This document shows positions 1 through 9,637 of a stretch of DNA of 64,000 nucleotides, in pieces (the stretch's first letter is position 1; each line of letters begins with the position of its first letter). The notes under the pieces were generated by a model that made no database searches, was not told where the DNA came from, and was given only the letters and a program-made list of their open reading frames with translations. Origin of the DNA: Candidatus Sericytochromatia bacterium (GTDB lineage: Bacteria; Cyanobacteriota; Sericytochromatia; S15B-MN24; UBA4093); NCBI GenBank assembly GCA_036676495.1, contig JAKFCT010000082.1, positions 32,001-96,000 on the forward strand, given 5' to 3'. The position numbers and the translations under genes are program-made.

Positions 1-298
1 CCTCCAGTACGACCAACCAACCGGCCTCGACCCATTCCAGCTGAGGTTCCGGGCCATCCGGTCGGAGAGGCCCAGGAGCTTCGCCATGTCGGCGGTGGTG
101 ATGGTCTCCCGTTTGGCGAACAAGCCCAGGACCATCCGATAGTTCGGACCTCGCCCACGTCCCGCTCGCGCCCATGGAACTCGGCGTGCCGTCCCTCGAT
201 GGCCTGCTCGGCCTCTGCGAGCGTCAGGCGGTTGCCCCCGATGCGGGTCAAGTAGTGGGTCGAACGGATCCGCGCCCGGTGGCACAGCTCGGCCTTCC
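1..298 (-). pseudogene. Fic-family protein remnant (frameshifted, internally deleted; runs off window start)
   Basis: Minus strand reads KAELCHRARIRSTHYLTRIGGNRLTLAEAEQAIEG...ERDVGEVR, resembling the Fic N-terminal S-T-x-I-E-G-N helix. After a frameshift it reads NYRMVLGLFAKRETITTADMAKLLGLSDRMARNL, and after another LEWVEAGWLVV (wHTH-like). No start codon and no HPFxDGNGR core. Confidence 0.65.
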
Positions 299-305
299 CT
301 GAAGT

Positions 306-356
306 AAAAAAGAGTGATGCGGCCCTCGGCGAAGAATCGCTGAAAGCCGCATCACT
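306..356 (-). terminator. Intrinsic terminator downstream of tRNA-Leu
   Basis: Inverted repeat AGTGATGCGGC (313-323) / GCCGCATCACT (346-356), followed on the minus strand by a T6 tract (A run 306-311). Confidence 0.7.
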
Positions 357-364
357 GCATGTAG

Positions 365-446
365 TGGCCAAGGTGGGAGTCGAACCCACACGCCTTTCGG
401 GCGGTCGATTTTGAGTCGACTGCGTCTGCCATTCCGCCACTTGGCC
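365..446 (-). tRNA. tRNA-Leu(CAA), CCA end not encoded
   Basis: Reverse complement is GGCCAAGTGGCGGAATGGCAGACGCA-GTCGA-CTCAAAA-TCGAC-long variable arm-GTGGGTTCGACTCCCAC-CTTGGCC-A. Acceptor stem GGCCAAG/CTTGGCC, anticodon CAA, T-loop GTTCGA. Confidence 0.97.
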
Positions 447-511
447 GCGGAAGAGTTTTATTCTACGCCAAGCGCTCTCGGCGCGCAAGCATCGATTGCG
501 AGAAGCCGCGT

Positions 512-1657
512 TCAGGCGATGTAGGCGGCCGGATCGACGAAGCTGCCGTTCTTCTTGACCTCGAAGTGGAGGTGCGGGCCCGTCGACACCCCCGTGTTGC
601 CGACCTTGCCGATGACGTCCCGGGCTCCGACCGACTGGCCCTTCGAGACGTTGATCTTGGAGAGATGGGCATAGGCGGTCTGAAGCCCGTTGCCGTGATC
701 CACCACGACGTAGTTGCCGTAGCCGCCGTTCCAGCCTGCGAAGCTGACCTTGCCGCCCTGCACCACGTGGACTGGGGTGCCCGTCCCGGCGCCGATGTCC
801 ATGCCCGAATGCAGCTTGTGGACTCCGGTGACGGGGTGCTTGCGGTGGCCGTAGTTCGAGGTCTTGCGGCCGGAAGTAGGCCATTGCCACTTGCCGGAAG
901 GCTTGCTCGGGGCGGAGGGCGGCGCCGAGGCGTTGGCCCCACCCGGCAGGCGCAGCGTCATGCCGGCGGAGATCTGGTTGGGGTTGCCGCCGATCACATC
1001 TCGGTTGAGCTCGTAGATCTCGCGCCAGCGATTGCTGTCTCCCAGCGTGCGGCCGGCGATCGCCGACAACGAATCCCCGCTTCTCACCGTGTAGCTAGGG
1101 CCGGACGCCGGAGGCGGCGACGCCGGGGGCGCGGGAGGGGCCGGCTTCGGGGCTTCCGCCCCACCGGGCAGCTTCAGCGTCTGACCCGCGTGAATCAGGT
1201 TGGGGTTGGAGCCGATCACGTCCCGGTTCAAGTCGTAAATCTCGCGCCAGCGGTTGCCGTCGCCCAGCGTGCGCTTGGCGATTGCCGACAACGAATCCCC
1301 CTTCTGCACGGTGTAGGTCGGCGCCGGGGCGGGCTTCGCCGGTTCGGGAGGAGCGGGAGGTGCCGGGGCCGGCTCGGGTTTCGCGGATTCCGGCGGTGCC
1401 GGCTCCGGCTTGGGCGCGGGCGAGAGCAGCCGCTTCGCGAACTCCGCCAGGCGCTTCACGAGGTTGTCGTACGCCGTCCGCAGGTCGCCCAGCAGGCCCG
1501 AGGCTTCGACGCCTTGGGGCGCCGGCATCATCGGGGGGGCGGGAATCGCGACCGGAGCCGCGATCGGGACCGTCGCCGCCGAGGAGGCGGCCTGATGCAG
1601 TTGCGCCAGCATGGACTGGTACGAGCCCCCTGAATGGGTCGTGTTCATCATCTGCAT
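512..1657 (-). CDS. LysM x2 + M23 peptidase (peptidoglycan endopeptidase) with Pro-rich linkers
   Basis: Two LysM repeats (YTVxxGDSLSAIAxRTLGDxNRWREIYxLN); M23 motifs HSGMD, YAHL, GPHLHFE. AGGAGG lies 5 nt before ATG 1657 (ORF track starts at 1672). Confidence 0.9.
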   Translation of the reverse strand: MQMMNTTHSGGSYQSMLAQLHQAASSAATVPIAAPVAIPAPPMMPAPQGVEASGLLGDLRTAYDNLVKRLAEFAKRLLSPAPKPEPAPPESAKPEPAPAPPAPPEPAKPAPAPTYTVQKGDSLSAIAKRTLGDGNRWREIYDLNRDVIGSNPNLIHAGQTLKLPGGAEAPKPAPPAPPASPPPASGPSYTVRSGDSLSAIAGRTLGDSNRWREIYELNRDVIGGNPNQISAGMTLRLPGGANASAPPSAPSKPSGKWQWPTSGRKTSNYGHRKHPVTGVHKLHSGMDIGAGTGTPVHVVQGGKVSFAGWNGGYGNYVVVDHGNGLQTAYAHLSKINVSKGQSVGARDVIGKVGNTGVSTGPHLHFEVKKNGSFVDPAAYIA

Positions 1658-1927
1658 AGGCACCTCCTGCAACGTCGGGCCGAGTTCGCGCGCCGGAGGC
1701 GCTGGAAACCACGGAGTAGGGCGTTGGTCGCCCGAAATGCTGCGGGCTGATCGTGCTTATCCGCCGTTAAGAGGGAGTTCGCGGTTATGGGGATATTAAC
1801 TTCGGCTAAAATTTCCTTTACCGGAGGAGCCGCCCTCGCCGGGAAGGAGGGCCGGGGGCCCGTGCTATACTGAGAAGACACCCGCTCGCCCTTGTTTCCA
1901 CCTGATTTCACCACCTTCGGAGCCCGC

Positions 1928-3670
1928 ATGTCTCCCTCTTCATGGCTGCTCAAAGCGGCGGATCCCGCCCACGTCTCCCTGCTCGCCCGTGACCTGAAGG
2001 TCTCCCCCTTGCTCGCCCGGCTATTGCTGGTTCGCGAGGTTTCGGATGCCGCTGCCGCGCGTCGCTTCCTCGGGCAGGACCCGTCCTTGCTCGACCCCTG
2101 GGCCCTTCCGGGGATGGAAACGGCCGCCGAGCGCCTGCTGGACGCCCTGGAGGCTGGAGAACGAGTCGTCGTCTACGGGGACTACGACGCCGACGGGGTC
2201 ACCAGCACCGCCCTGCTTTACAGCTACCTGCTGCGCGCCGGCTACAACGTCACCTACTTCCTGCCGCATCGCTTCGAAGACGGCTATGGCATGAACCTTC
2301 ACGCCATCGAAGAGCTGGCCGATCAAGGCGCGCGCCTGATCGTGACGGTCGACAACGGCGTGAGCTCGGTTCGCGAGGTCGCCTACGCCCGCGAGCTCGG
2401 CCTCGACGTCATCGTGACCGATCACCACACGCCTCCGGCCCTCCTTCCCGAGCCCTACGCCCTCCTCAACCCTCGCCTGGGCGGATGCCCCGCCGAGATG
2501 AGCGGCCTCGCCGGAGTCGGCGTGGCCTTCGCCCTGGCGGCGGCCCTCGAGCAGCGCGCCCCCTCCTACGGCGTGGAGGACCTGCTCGACTTCGTCGCCA
2601 TCGGCTCCATCGCCGACATGGCTCCCCTGACCGGAGTGAACCGGACTTTGGTGGGAGCGGGCCTTCACCTGATCGCCACGGCCACCCGTCCCGGCATCAA
2701 GGCGCTCGCGGACGTCGCGGGCGTGGCCTCGGTCGCCAATATGGCCGCTCAGGACATCGGCTTCCGGATTGGCCCGCGCATCAACGCCGCGGGCCGCATG
2801 GACCATCCCGAGGTCGCTCTCAAGCTGCTGCTGGCGGAGGACCTCGACGAGGCCGAGGTGCTCGCCGCGGAGCTGGAGCGCCTGAACCGGCTGCGTCAGG
2901 AGACCTCCAAGCGCATCGAGGCCGAGGCGCATGCCCTGGTGGCCGTCGAGGTCGATCTGGAAAAGGACGCCGCCATCGTCCTCGCCAAGGAGGACTGGCA
3001 CCGCGGGATCATCGGGATCGTCGCCGCGCGCCTGGTGGATGCCTACGGCCTCCCGGTGATCCTGATGGGAGCCGACGGGGACTATTGGAAGGGCTCGGGG
3101 CGATCGCCCGACGCCATTCATCTCTTTGCCGCACTCGAAACCTGCCGCGACCACCTCGATCGCTTCGGGGGACACGCCCAGGCGGCAGGCCTGGCGCTGG
3201 AAGCGGGGCGTCTCGAGGCGTTTAAGGCTCAGCTCAACGACGCCGTGCGGAGTCAGACCGGGGGCGAGCGTCCGCAGGGACCGATTCTGCTAGATGCCGA
3301 GGTCTCGCTCGCCGAGGTCTCGCCCCAGCTCATCCGAGAATTGATGTGGCTGGAGCCGACCGGCCAGGGGAATCCCGAGCCGCGTTTGGGGATGCGCCGC
3401 GTCCAGGTGCTGCGCCAGAAGCTGCGTGGCAAGGACAAGACCCACCTCTGGCTGGAGCTGCGCGACGGGGTCGAGATCCGCGAGGCGGTCGGCTTCGGCA
3501 TGGGCGGACTCTACCCGGTCCCCGAGGTCGTCGATGTCGCCTTCACTCCGGAGTTCAACTTCTGGCAGGGACAGGCGCGCGTTCAGATGCGCCTGCATGC
3601 GGTCTTTCCCGCGACACCCGACCCCGTGGTCGCCTTCGAGGGCGCTTCGGACGTCGGAGACCCTCGCTAG
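1928..3670 (+). CDS. recJ: ssDNA-specific exonuclease RecJ
   Basis: DHH-family motifs YGDYDADG, TVDNG, TDHH, INAAGR, GSGRS, GGHAQAAG. Start at ATG 1928 is uncertain. Confidence 0.95.
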   Translation: MSPSSWLLKAADPAHVSLLARDLKVSPLLARLLLVREVSDAAAARRFLGQDPSLLDPWALPGMETAAERLLDALEAGERVVVYGDYDADGVTSTALLYSYLLRAGYNVTYFLPHRFEDGYGMNLHAIEELADQGARLIVTVDNGVSSVREVAYARELGLDVIVTDHHTPPALLPEPYALLNPRLGGCPAEMSGLAGVGVAFALAAALEQRAPSYGVEDLLDFVAIGSIADMAPLTGVNRTLVGAGLHLIATATRPGIKALADVAGVASVANMAAQDIGFRIGPRINAAGRMDHPEVALKLLLAEDLDEAEVLAAELERLNRLRQETSKRIEAEAHALVAVEVDLEKDAAIVLAKEDWHRGIIGIVAARLVDAYGLPVILMGADGDYWKGSGRSPDAIHLFAALETCRDHLDRFGGHAQAAGLALEAGRLEAFKAQLNDAVRSQTGGERPQGPILLDAEVSLAEVSPQLIRELMWLEPTGQGNPEPRLGMRRVQVLRQKLRGKDKTHLWLELRDGVEIREAVGFGMGGLYPVPEVVDVAFTPEFNFWQGQARVQMRLHAVFPATPDPVVAFEGASDVGDPR

Positions 3671-3925
3671 CCGGGTATAAGGAAACTCTGCCCGCGCAGC
3701 GCCCCCTTCCGCGACAATTGCAGGTGCTCGATCGGCAGGCCGATGTGCAGGCTCCCACGAGCGACCTGCGAACCCGCTGGGGAATGCGCATGAGTTGCGG
3801 TATACTGGGGGTTTCAAGGCTGAGGCGAGGCGCGGGGGCGCCGGGGCTCAACGGGGCAGAATTGGGGTCGGGAGCGCCAGCGGCTCACGTGGCAGCCGTG
3901 AGTAACGCGGCAGATTTGGGGTCAG

Positions 3926-6100
3926 TTGATGAACGGAGCGGTTGCGACCGAGAGCTTGGTCACCACCATCAGCAAGTATATGACGCCCGAGGAGGTCAAC
4001 CTCGTCGAGCGCGCCTATGATTTTGCCCACCAGATGCATGAGGGCCAGTTCCGCAAGTCGGAGGAGCCTTACATCATCCACCCCTACGAGGTGGCGCTGA
4101 TCCTTGCGCAGCTCGAGGCCGACGGTGCCACCGTCGCCGCGGGCCTCCTGCATGACGTCCTCGAAGACACCGACACCACCCCCGAAGAACTCGCCAAGCG
4201 CTTCGGTCCCGACGTCGCCCGCATCGTGCAGGGCGTCACCAAGCTGGGCAAGCTCACCTTCTCCAGCAAGGAAGAGCGCCAGGCCGAGAACTTCCGCCGC
4301 ATGTTCGTGGCCATGGCCCAGGACGTGCGGGTGATCATGGTGAAGCTCTGCGATCGCCTGCACAACATGCGCACTCTCAAGCACATGCGCGCCGAGAAGC
4401 AGCAGGAAATCTCGAAGGAGACCCTGGAGATCTTCGCTCCGCTGGCCCACCGACTCGGTATGGGACGGATCAAGTGGGAGCTCGAGGACTGGTCCCTGCG
4501 CTACCTGCATCCCGAGGCCTACTACGAGATCGCCAAGCTCCTCGGCGAGAAGCGCGACGAGCGCGAGCGCTACATCGAGGAGATCGTCGGCCGCATCCAG
4601 GACGAGGTCCGCCGGGTCGGCGTCAACGCCAACGTCTACGGTCGCGCCAAGCACTTCTTCTCCATCTGGAACAAGATGGAGAAGAACCGCAAGGAATTCA
4701 ACGACCTCTTCGACATCACCGCCGTGCGCGTCCTGGTCGACAACATCAAGGAGTGCTACGAGGTCCTGGGCATCGTTCACTCCATCTGGCGCCCGATTCC
4801 CGGACGCTTCAAAGACTACATCGCGATGCCCAAGCCCAACCTCTACCAGTCGCTGCATACCTCGGTGATCGGGCCGGGCGGCAAGCCGGTGGAGGTGCAG
4901 ATCCGCACGTTCGAGATGCACCGCGTCGCCGAGTTCGGTATCGCCGCCCACTGGCGCTACAAGGAAGGCGGCGCCGCGAGCCAGCAGCCCGAACAGACCT
5001 TCACCTGGCTGCGCCAGCTGCTCGACTGGCAGGGCGAGGTCCGCGATTCCCAGGAGTACGTCAACACCGTCAAGGAGGACCTGTTCTCCGAGGAGGTCTT
5101 CGTCTTCTCGCCGCGCGGGGACGTCGTCGACCTCCCGTCGGGCGCGACCCCTGTCGACTTCGCCTACCGGGTCCATACCGAGGTCGGCAACCGCTGCATC
5201 GGGGCCAAGGTGAACGGCCGCATCGTCACGCTCGACACCCGCCTCAAGACCGGGGACATCGTCGAGATCATGACCTCGAAGACCAGCAAGCCCTCTCTGG
5301 ACTGGCTGAACTTTGTCTCGGCAAACTCCACCAAGAACAAGATTCGCGCCTGGTTCAAGAAGCAGCGCCGCGAGGAGAATATCCAGACCGGCCGGGACGT
5401 GCTGGAGCGCGAGCTCGGAAAAGACTCGCTCGACCAGTTCCTCAAGCTGGGCAAGGAAACCCAGCTCGCCGACAAGTTCAACTACTCGAACTTCGACGAC
5501 CTGCTGGCGGCGGTCGGCTACGGAGAGCGAACGGCCTTGCAGGTCGCCAACCGGATCCGCTTGGACTTCCTGCCCCAGCCGGAAGTGACCCCCGAGCAGT
5601 TCAGCACCAAGCTTCCCACCAAGGAGCGCCGTGGTACCGGCATCCTGGTCAACGGGGATGCCGGCATGCTGCTCAACCTCTCCAAGTGCTGCGCTCCGGT
5701 GCCGGGTGAAGCCATCATGGGCACGGTGACCCGGGGACGGGGCATCTCGGTGCATGCCTCGGACTGTCCGAACCTCTTGGCCGTGGAGCCCGAGCGGCGC
5801 CTCGCCGTCGAGTGGGGAGCCAACACCAGCCAGGCGAGCTACCCGGTGGAAGTGGCCGTCGAGGTCATCGACCGGGTGGGCATCCTCAAGGACATCACCA
5901 TCAAGATTGCCGATACCAAGACCAACATCCGCACGGTGAAGGTCCGTCCCGCCAAGGACAAGATCGTGGTCATCACCCTGATCCTGGAGGTGGTCGACAT
6001 GGCCCATCTCAACCGGGTGCTGGCGACCATCGGGCGGATCTCGGACGTCATCAAGGCCTATCGGGTGGCGCGGAGCCCCCGCCGAGGAAAGAAATCGTGA
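3926..6100 (+). CDS. relA: Bifunctional (p)ppGpp synthetase/hydrolase Rel
   Basis: HD hydrolase motif LLHDVLEDT; synthetase RFKDY, YQSLHT, EVQIRT; TGS (ATPVDFAY); CC-P-PG; C-terminal ACT. Confidence 0.97.
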   Translation: MMNGAVATESLVTTISKYMTPEEVNLVERAYDFAHQMHEGQFRKSEEPYIIHPYEVALILAQLEADGATVAAGLLHDVLEDTDTTPEELAKRFGPDVARIVQGVTKLGKLTFSSKEERQAENFRRMFVAMAQDVRVIMVKLCDRLHNMRTLKHMRAEKQQEISKETLEIFAPLAHRLGMGRIKWELEDWSLRYLHPEAYYEIAKLLGEKRDERERYIEEIVGRIQDEVRRVGVNANVYGRAKHFFSIWNKMEKNRKEFNDLFDITAVRVLVDNIKECYEVLGIVHSIWRPIPGRFKDYIAMPKPNLYQSLHTSVIGPGGKPVEVQIRTFEMHRVAEFGIAAHWRYKEGGAASQQPEQTFTWLRQLLDWQGEVRDSQEYVNTVKEDLFSEEVFVFSPRGDVVDLPSGATPVDFAYRVHTEVGNRCIGAKVNGRIVTLDTRLKTGDIVEIMTSKTSKPSLDWLNFVSANSTKNKIRAWFKKQRREENIQTGRDVLERELGKDSLDQFLKLGKETQLADKFNYSNFDDLLAAVGYGERTALQVANRIRLDFLPQPEVTPEQFSTKLPTKERRGTGILVNGDAGMLLNLSKCCAPVPGEAIMGTVTRGRGISVHASDCPNLLAVEPERRLAVEWGANTSQASYPVEVAVEVIDRVGILKDITIKIADTKTNIRTVKVRPAKDKIVVITLILEVVDMAHLNRVLATIGRISDVIKAYRVARSPRRGKKS

Positions 6101-6702
6101 CCCAGAAGAAACTGCGCGTCGTGCTCGCCACGACCAACCGCCACAAGCTCGACGAGCTCCAGCGGATGCTCGCCGATTCCCCCGTCGAACTGGTGATGCC
6201 TCCGCATGCCATCGAGGTGGACGAGACCGGAGAGACGTTCCGCGAGAACGCCCGGCTCAAGGCCCGGACTTACGCGCGCCTGCTTGGCGAGCCGACCCTG
6301 GCGGATGATTCCGGCCTCTCGGTGGATGCCCTCGATGGGCGCCCCGGAGTGCATTCGGCCCGCTACGCCGGAGCCAACGCCACGGATGCCGATCGCAATC
6401 GCAAGCTCCTGGGGGAGCTCGCGCGCGTCCCCGACGCCGAGCGTGGCGGAAGCTTCCACTGCGCTCTGGTCCTGGCCTGGCCGGGCGGCGACGAGCTGAC
6501 GGTCGAGGGCATGGTGAGCGGCCGGATTCTCCACGAGCCCCGCGGAGAGCATGGCTTCGGTTACGACCCGGTCTTCTACGTGCCGTCCCTGGACAAGACC
6601 TTCGCCGAGCTCACGCCCGAGGAGAAGAACGTTCACTCGCACCGCGCCAAGGCTGCCGCTTTGCTGGTCGAGGCGCTCCAGCATGCGACTGCTCGTCGTT
6701 AG
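6097..6702 (+). CDS. rdgB: Non-canonical purine NTP pyrophosphatase (Ham1/RdgB)
   Basis: LATTNRHK, ADDSGL, GFGYDP, SHR motifs; GTG start overlaps the rel stop (GTGA). Confidence 0.95.
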   Translation: MTQKKLRVVLATTNRHKLDELQRMLADSPVELVMPPHAIEVDETGETFRENARLKARTYARLLGEPTLADDSGLSVDALDGRPGVHSARYAGANATDADRNRKLLGELARVPDAERGGSFHCALVLAWPGGDELTVEGMVSGRILHEPRGEHGFGYDPVFYVPSLDKTFAELTPEEKNVHSHRAKAAALLVEALQHATARR

Positions 6703-7153
6703 CGATACCCACGGCGAAGCCCCGCTCCATCGAATCGCGGACCTGGGCGCGGCCTGCGATCTCATCGTTCACCTGGGCGACGGGTTCAACGACGGCCAGA
6801 AGCTCTGCCTCATGCAGCCGACTCCCGTCATCCAGGTCCTGGGCAACGCCGACCTGCCCCTGAGCGTGGTCCCCGAGAAGGTCATCGAGATCGAAGGCTG
6901 GACCGTCCTGCTCACCCACGGCCACCTCTACGGCGTGAAGCGATCGCTGGTCGACCTGGTCGCCCATGCCGAGGCGATGGACGCGAATCTCGTCCTCTTC
7001 GGCCATGTGCATCGCCGCTGCTGGGAGGACGCGGGTCGGATCAAGGCTTTCTGCCCCTCGAGCGCCGCGTATTCCTACGATGGGACTCCCCCGTCGGTGG
7101 GCATCCTGGAGTTGAGTCCCGGAGAGATTCGCCACGAGTGGATCTCTCTGTAA
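6683..7153 (+). CDS. YfcE/YsnB-family metallophosphoesterase
   Basis: VVSDTHG, HLGD, GNAD, THGH, FGHVH; follows rdgB as ysnB follows ysnA in Bacillus. Confidence 0.88.
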   Translation: MRLLVVSDTHGEAPLHRIADLGAACDLIVHLGDGFNDGQKLCLMQPTPVIQVLGNADLPLSVVPEKVIEIEGWTVLLTHGHLYGVKRSLVDLVAHAEAMDANLVLFGHVHRRCWEDAGRIKAFCPSSAAYSYDGTPPSVGILELSPGEIRHEWISL

Positions 7154-7321
7154 TCTTCCCTAATTTGTCCCCCCTCGACGGGGGGACCGGCGAAGCCGAG
7201 GGGGGTGTTACTGCTCCCAGGTTCCTTATTGCGAGGAACGCCATGGCTACGCCGGCCAACACCCCCCTGCCGGCTGCGCCGGCCGTCCCCCCGTCAAGGG
7301 GGGACAATTAGCGGAAAATTA
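7151..7321. repeat. Nested-palindrome REP/MITE-like element, copy 1
   Basis: Arms TAATCTTCCCTAATTTGTCCCCCCTCGACGGGGGGAC...GTGTT and AACAC...GTCCCCCCGTCAAGGGGGGACAATTAGCGGAAAATTA flank a ~48 bp core; homologous to three other copies. Confidence 0.9.
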
Positions 7322-9010
7322 CAGGCCCAGTTCGGCCGCGCACGCTTCCATCAGCGGCTTGAAGACGTCCGGATCGAAGGGGCTCTGAAGCTCGCCCGAC
7401 TGGAAGATGTCCAGCACCGACTGGGTGCCGCCGATATGGCAGAGCTTCAGGTAGATCTCCATGGTCCGGTCGTGATCGTCCTGCGCCTTCCGCCAGAGCT
7501 GCATGGCGCCCGATTCGGCGATGCCGTAATCGATGTAGTAGAAGGGCGATTCGTAGATGTGGGCCTGATACTTCCAGCGCGCCGGCTTGTACTCCTCGAC
7601 GCCCTCCCAGTCGACTCCCACCATGAAGGTGTCCCAGATCCGGCACCACTCGGCGTCGCGCTCCTCGGCGGTATGCGCGGGGTTCTCGTAGACCCAGTGC
7701 TGGAAGGCGTCGACGGTGGCGATGTAGGGCAAGAGCACCACCGTTTCGATCAGCTTGAGCTGGCGGAACTTCGCGGCGTCCTCCGGCGTGAAGTAGGCCT
7801 CGATCTCGCGCAGGGCCAGGAACTCCATGCCCATCGAGTGGATCTCGGCGGCGTCAGAGGTGGGCCAGCGAAGCTCCAGGGGCTCGATCCAGCCGGATTC
7901 CCAGGCCTGGAAGGCGTGTCCCATCTCGTGGTTGAGGGTTCCGATATCCTCCGAGGCGCCCGTGCTGTTGCAGAGGATGGCGACCAGCCCCTCGTCATCG
8001 AAGGTGGTGCAGAAGGCGCCGGGCTGCTTGCCGGGGCGGTTCTCGAGGTCGATCAGCTTCTCCGCGACCATCCGCTGGAAGTGGGCCAGCAGCTTCGGGT
8101 GCATCCGACCGAAGAGCTTCTCGGCGTTCGCGAGCTGGGTTTCGATGGGGGCCACCGTGGGCGAGAGCGAGAAGCCGGGGAAGTAGCTCATGTCCCAGGG
8201 CCTCACGGTTTCGGCGCCCAGGGCCTTGGCTTGCATCTTGCGGATCTTGGCGGCCAGGGGCACCACGTGGCGGAGGATGCCCTCGCGGAAGGCCGCGGCC
8301 TGAGCGGGGCCGTAGTCCGTGCGGTACATGCCCCGGTAGCCCATGGGGATGAAGTTGGCTTCGTCCAGGTTCCGGGCGCGCTGGTGGCGGCGTGCGACCA
8401 GCTCGGAGTAGAAGCCGTGAAGCTCGGGAGCCTTCGCGTTGATCCAGCGGGCGACGGCGAGCCAGGCTTCCTTGCGAACCGCGGAGTCGGGATCGCTGAA
8501 GCGGGCGCGGGCCCGGGGCAGGGTCAGGATCTCGTCACCGACCGGAATCTGGGCCGAACCGAGCACCTTCTGGTAGTCGGCTCCGATCTCCCCTTCCTCG
8601 ATGACCAGGGGGATGTTCACTGCGGCGAAGGATTCTTGTTCGAGCTCGAAGTACCGGAAGAGGAGCTTCCCGAAGCGGGCTTCCAGGTGGTCACGATGCT
8701 GGGAGGCCAGCAGGATCTCGCGAACCTTGGCGTTGACGACTTCGGCGATGGGCTGAATCTGCTCGCGGAAGTACCGGACTGCCTCTTCGGCCTGGGTGTC
8801 CTGGGTGTTCTGCGCTTCACGGTAGTGACGGCGGGACGATTCCCCGGCGAGGACCTTCTTGAACGCGTTCCAGCGGAGGAAGAACGCCTCCCAGTCCGCA
8901 GGCTCGTCGGGCATGGCCTTGAGCTGGGCGAGGAGGTCGTCGAACGTGGTTTGGACGTAGTCGGCCGTGAGGTTTGCGGGACGCCGCAGGGTAGGGTTGG
9001 GAGCAGCCAT
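7319..9010 (-). CDS. M3-family oligoendopeptidase (PepF-like)
   Basis: RPGKQPGAFCT, HEMGH zinc motif, AEIHSMGME, HIYESPFYYIDY. Confidence 0.92.
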   Translation of the reverse strand: MAAPNPTLRRPANLTADYVQTTFDDLLAQLKAMPDEPADWEAFFLRWNAFKKVLAGESSRRHYREAQNTQDTQAEEAVRYFREQIQPIAEVVNAKVREILLASQHRDHLEARFGKLLFRYFELEQESFAAVNIPLVIEEGEIGADYQKVLGSAQIPVGDEILTLPRARARFSDPDSAVRKEAWLAVARWINAKAPELHGFYSELVARRHQRARNLDEANFIPMGYRGMYRTDYGPAQAAAFREGILRHVVPLAAKIRKMQAKALGAETVRPWDMSYFPGFSLSPTVAPIETQLANAEKLFGRMHPKLLAHFQRMVAEKLIDLENRPGKQPGAFCTTFDDEGLVAILCNSTGASEDIGTLNHEMGHAFQAWESGWIEPLELRWPTSDAAEIHSMGMEFLALREIEAYFTPEDAAKFRQLKLIETVVLLPYIATVDAFQHWVYENPAHTAEERDAEWCRIWDTFMVGVDWEGVEEYKPARWKYQAHIYESPFYYIDYGIAESGAMQLWRKAQDDHDRTMEIYLKLCHIGGTQSVLDIFQSGELQSPFDPDVFKPLMEACAAELGL

Positions 9011-9143
9011 CGTGGGGTCCTTTCCAGGCGCAGGGCATGAGCGGAAGCTGGCTACCCCTATTATTCCATGTTTCTGGGATCCATGACGAAGCAGGCTATG
9101 GACTGCTCACGAGCCGCGGACGCCGACGATGCAGGCGGGAGGC

Positions 9144-9515
9144 TCACTCCGTTCCGATCAGCGTCTCCACGGGCCTGGGCTCGATCGACAGGCCCGCCGA
9201 TTTCCATGCGCTCATCCCCCCCTGGAGCGGGTGGGCATTCCGATACCCTTGCCCGATGAGCTTCTCGGCCACTTGGGCGCTCAGCTCCTCGTCCGGGCTG
9301 TCATCGTACGTCACGATCAGCTGATCCTTGCGCGCCGAGAGCAAGATGCGATCGGCCTTGAGGATGTCCATGGGATCGAACCAGAAGGAGGCCGGGATCT
9401 GGCGGTCGTCGCGCCGGGGGCGCGCGTCCAGGATGAAGATCGCCTCACCCGCGTCCAGGCACTCCTTCACCCGGGTGGGGGAGATACGGGAAACCTCGGA
9501 AGCGCTTTGGCTCAT
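9144..9515 (-). CDS. Rhodanese-like domain protein (no active-site Cys)
   Basis: ILDAR, IPAS, IVTYD in place of IVxYC, LQGGMSAW. Start is 9515 or 9527. Confidence 0.75.
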   Translation of the reverse strand: MSQSASEVSRISPTRVKECLDAGEAIFILDARPRRDDRQIPASFWFDPMDILKADRILLSARKDQLIVTYDDSPDEELSAQVAEKLIGQGYRNAHPLQGGMSAWKSAGLSIEPRPVETLIGTE

Positions 9516-9637
9516 GCTGCCCTCCATGCCGTCGTCGCGCTCGCGGCCCGGATCCCGGGAGCGAGGCTGCCCCCAAGACTCGGCATGCGAAGCATGATGC
9601 GCCGTCCGGGGAGGCTCCGCAAGGTTCGATTCGTGGG

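Noticed and set aside
3670-3800. Frameshifted C-terminal extension of RecJ (…RQLQVLDRQ…)
   Set aside because: RecJ is already complete through its OB-like region, there is no slippery site, and the resemblance is too weak.
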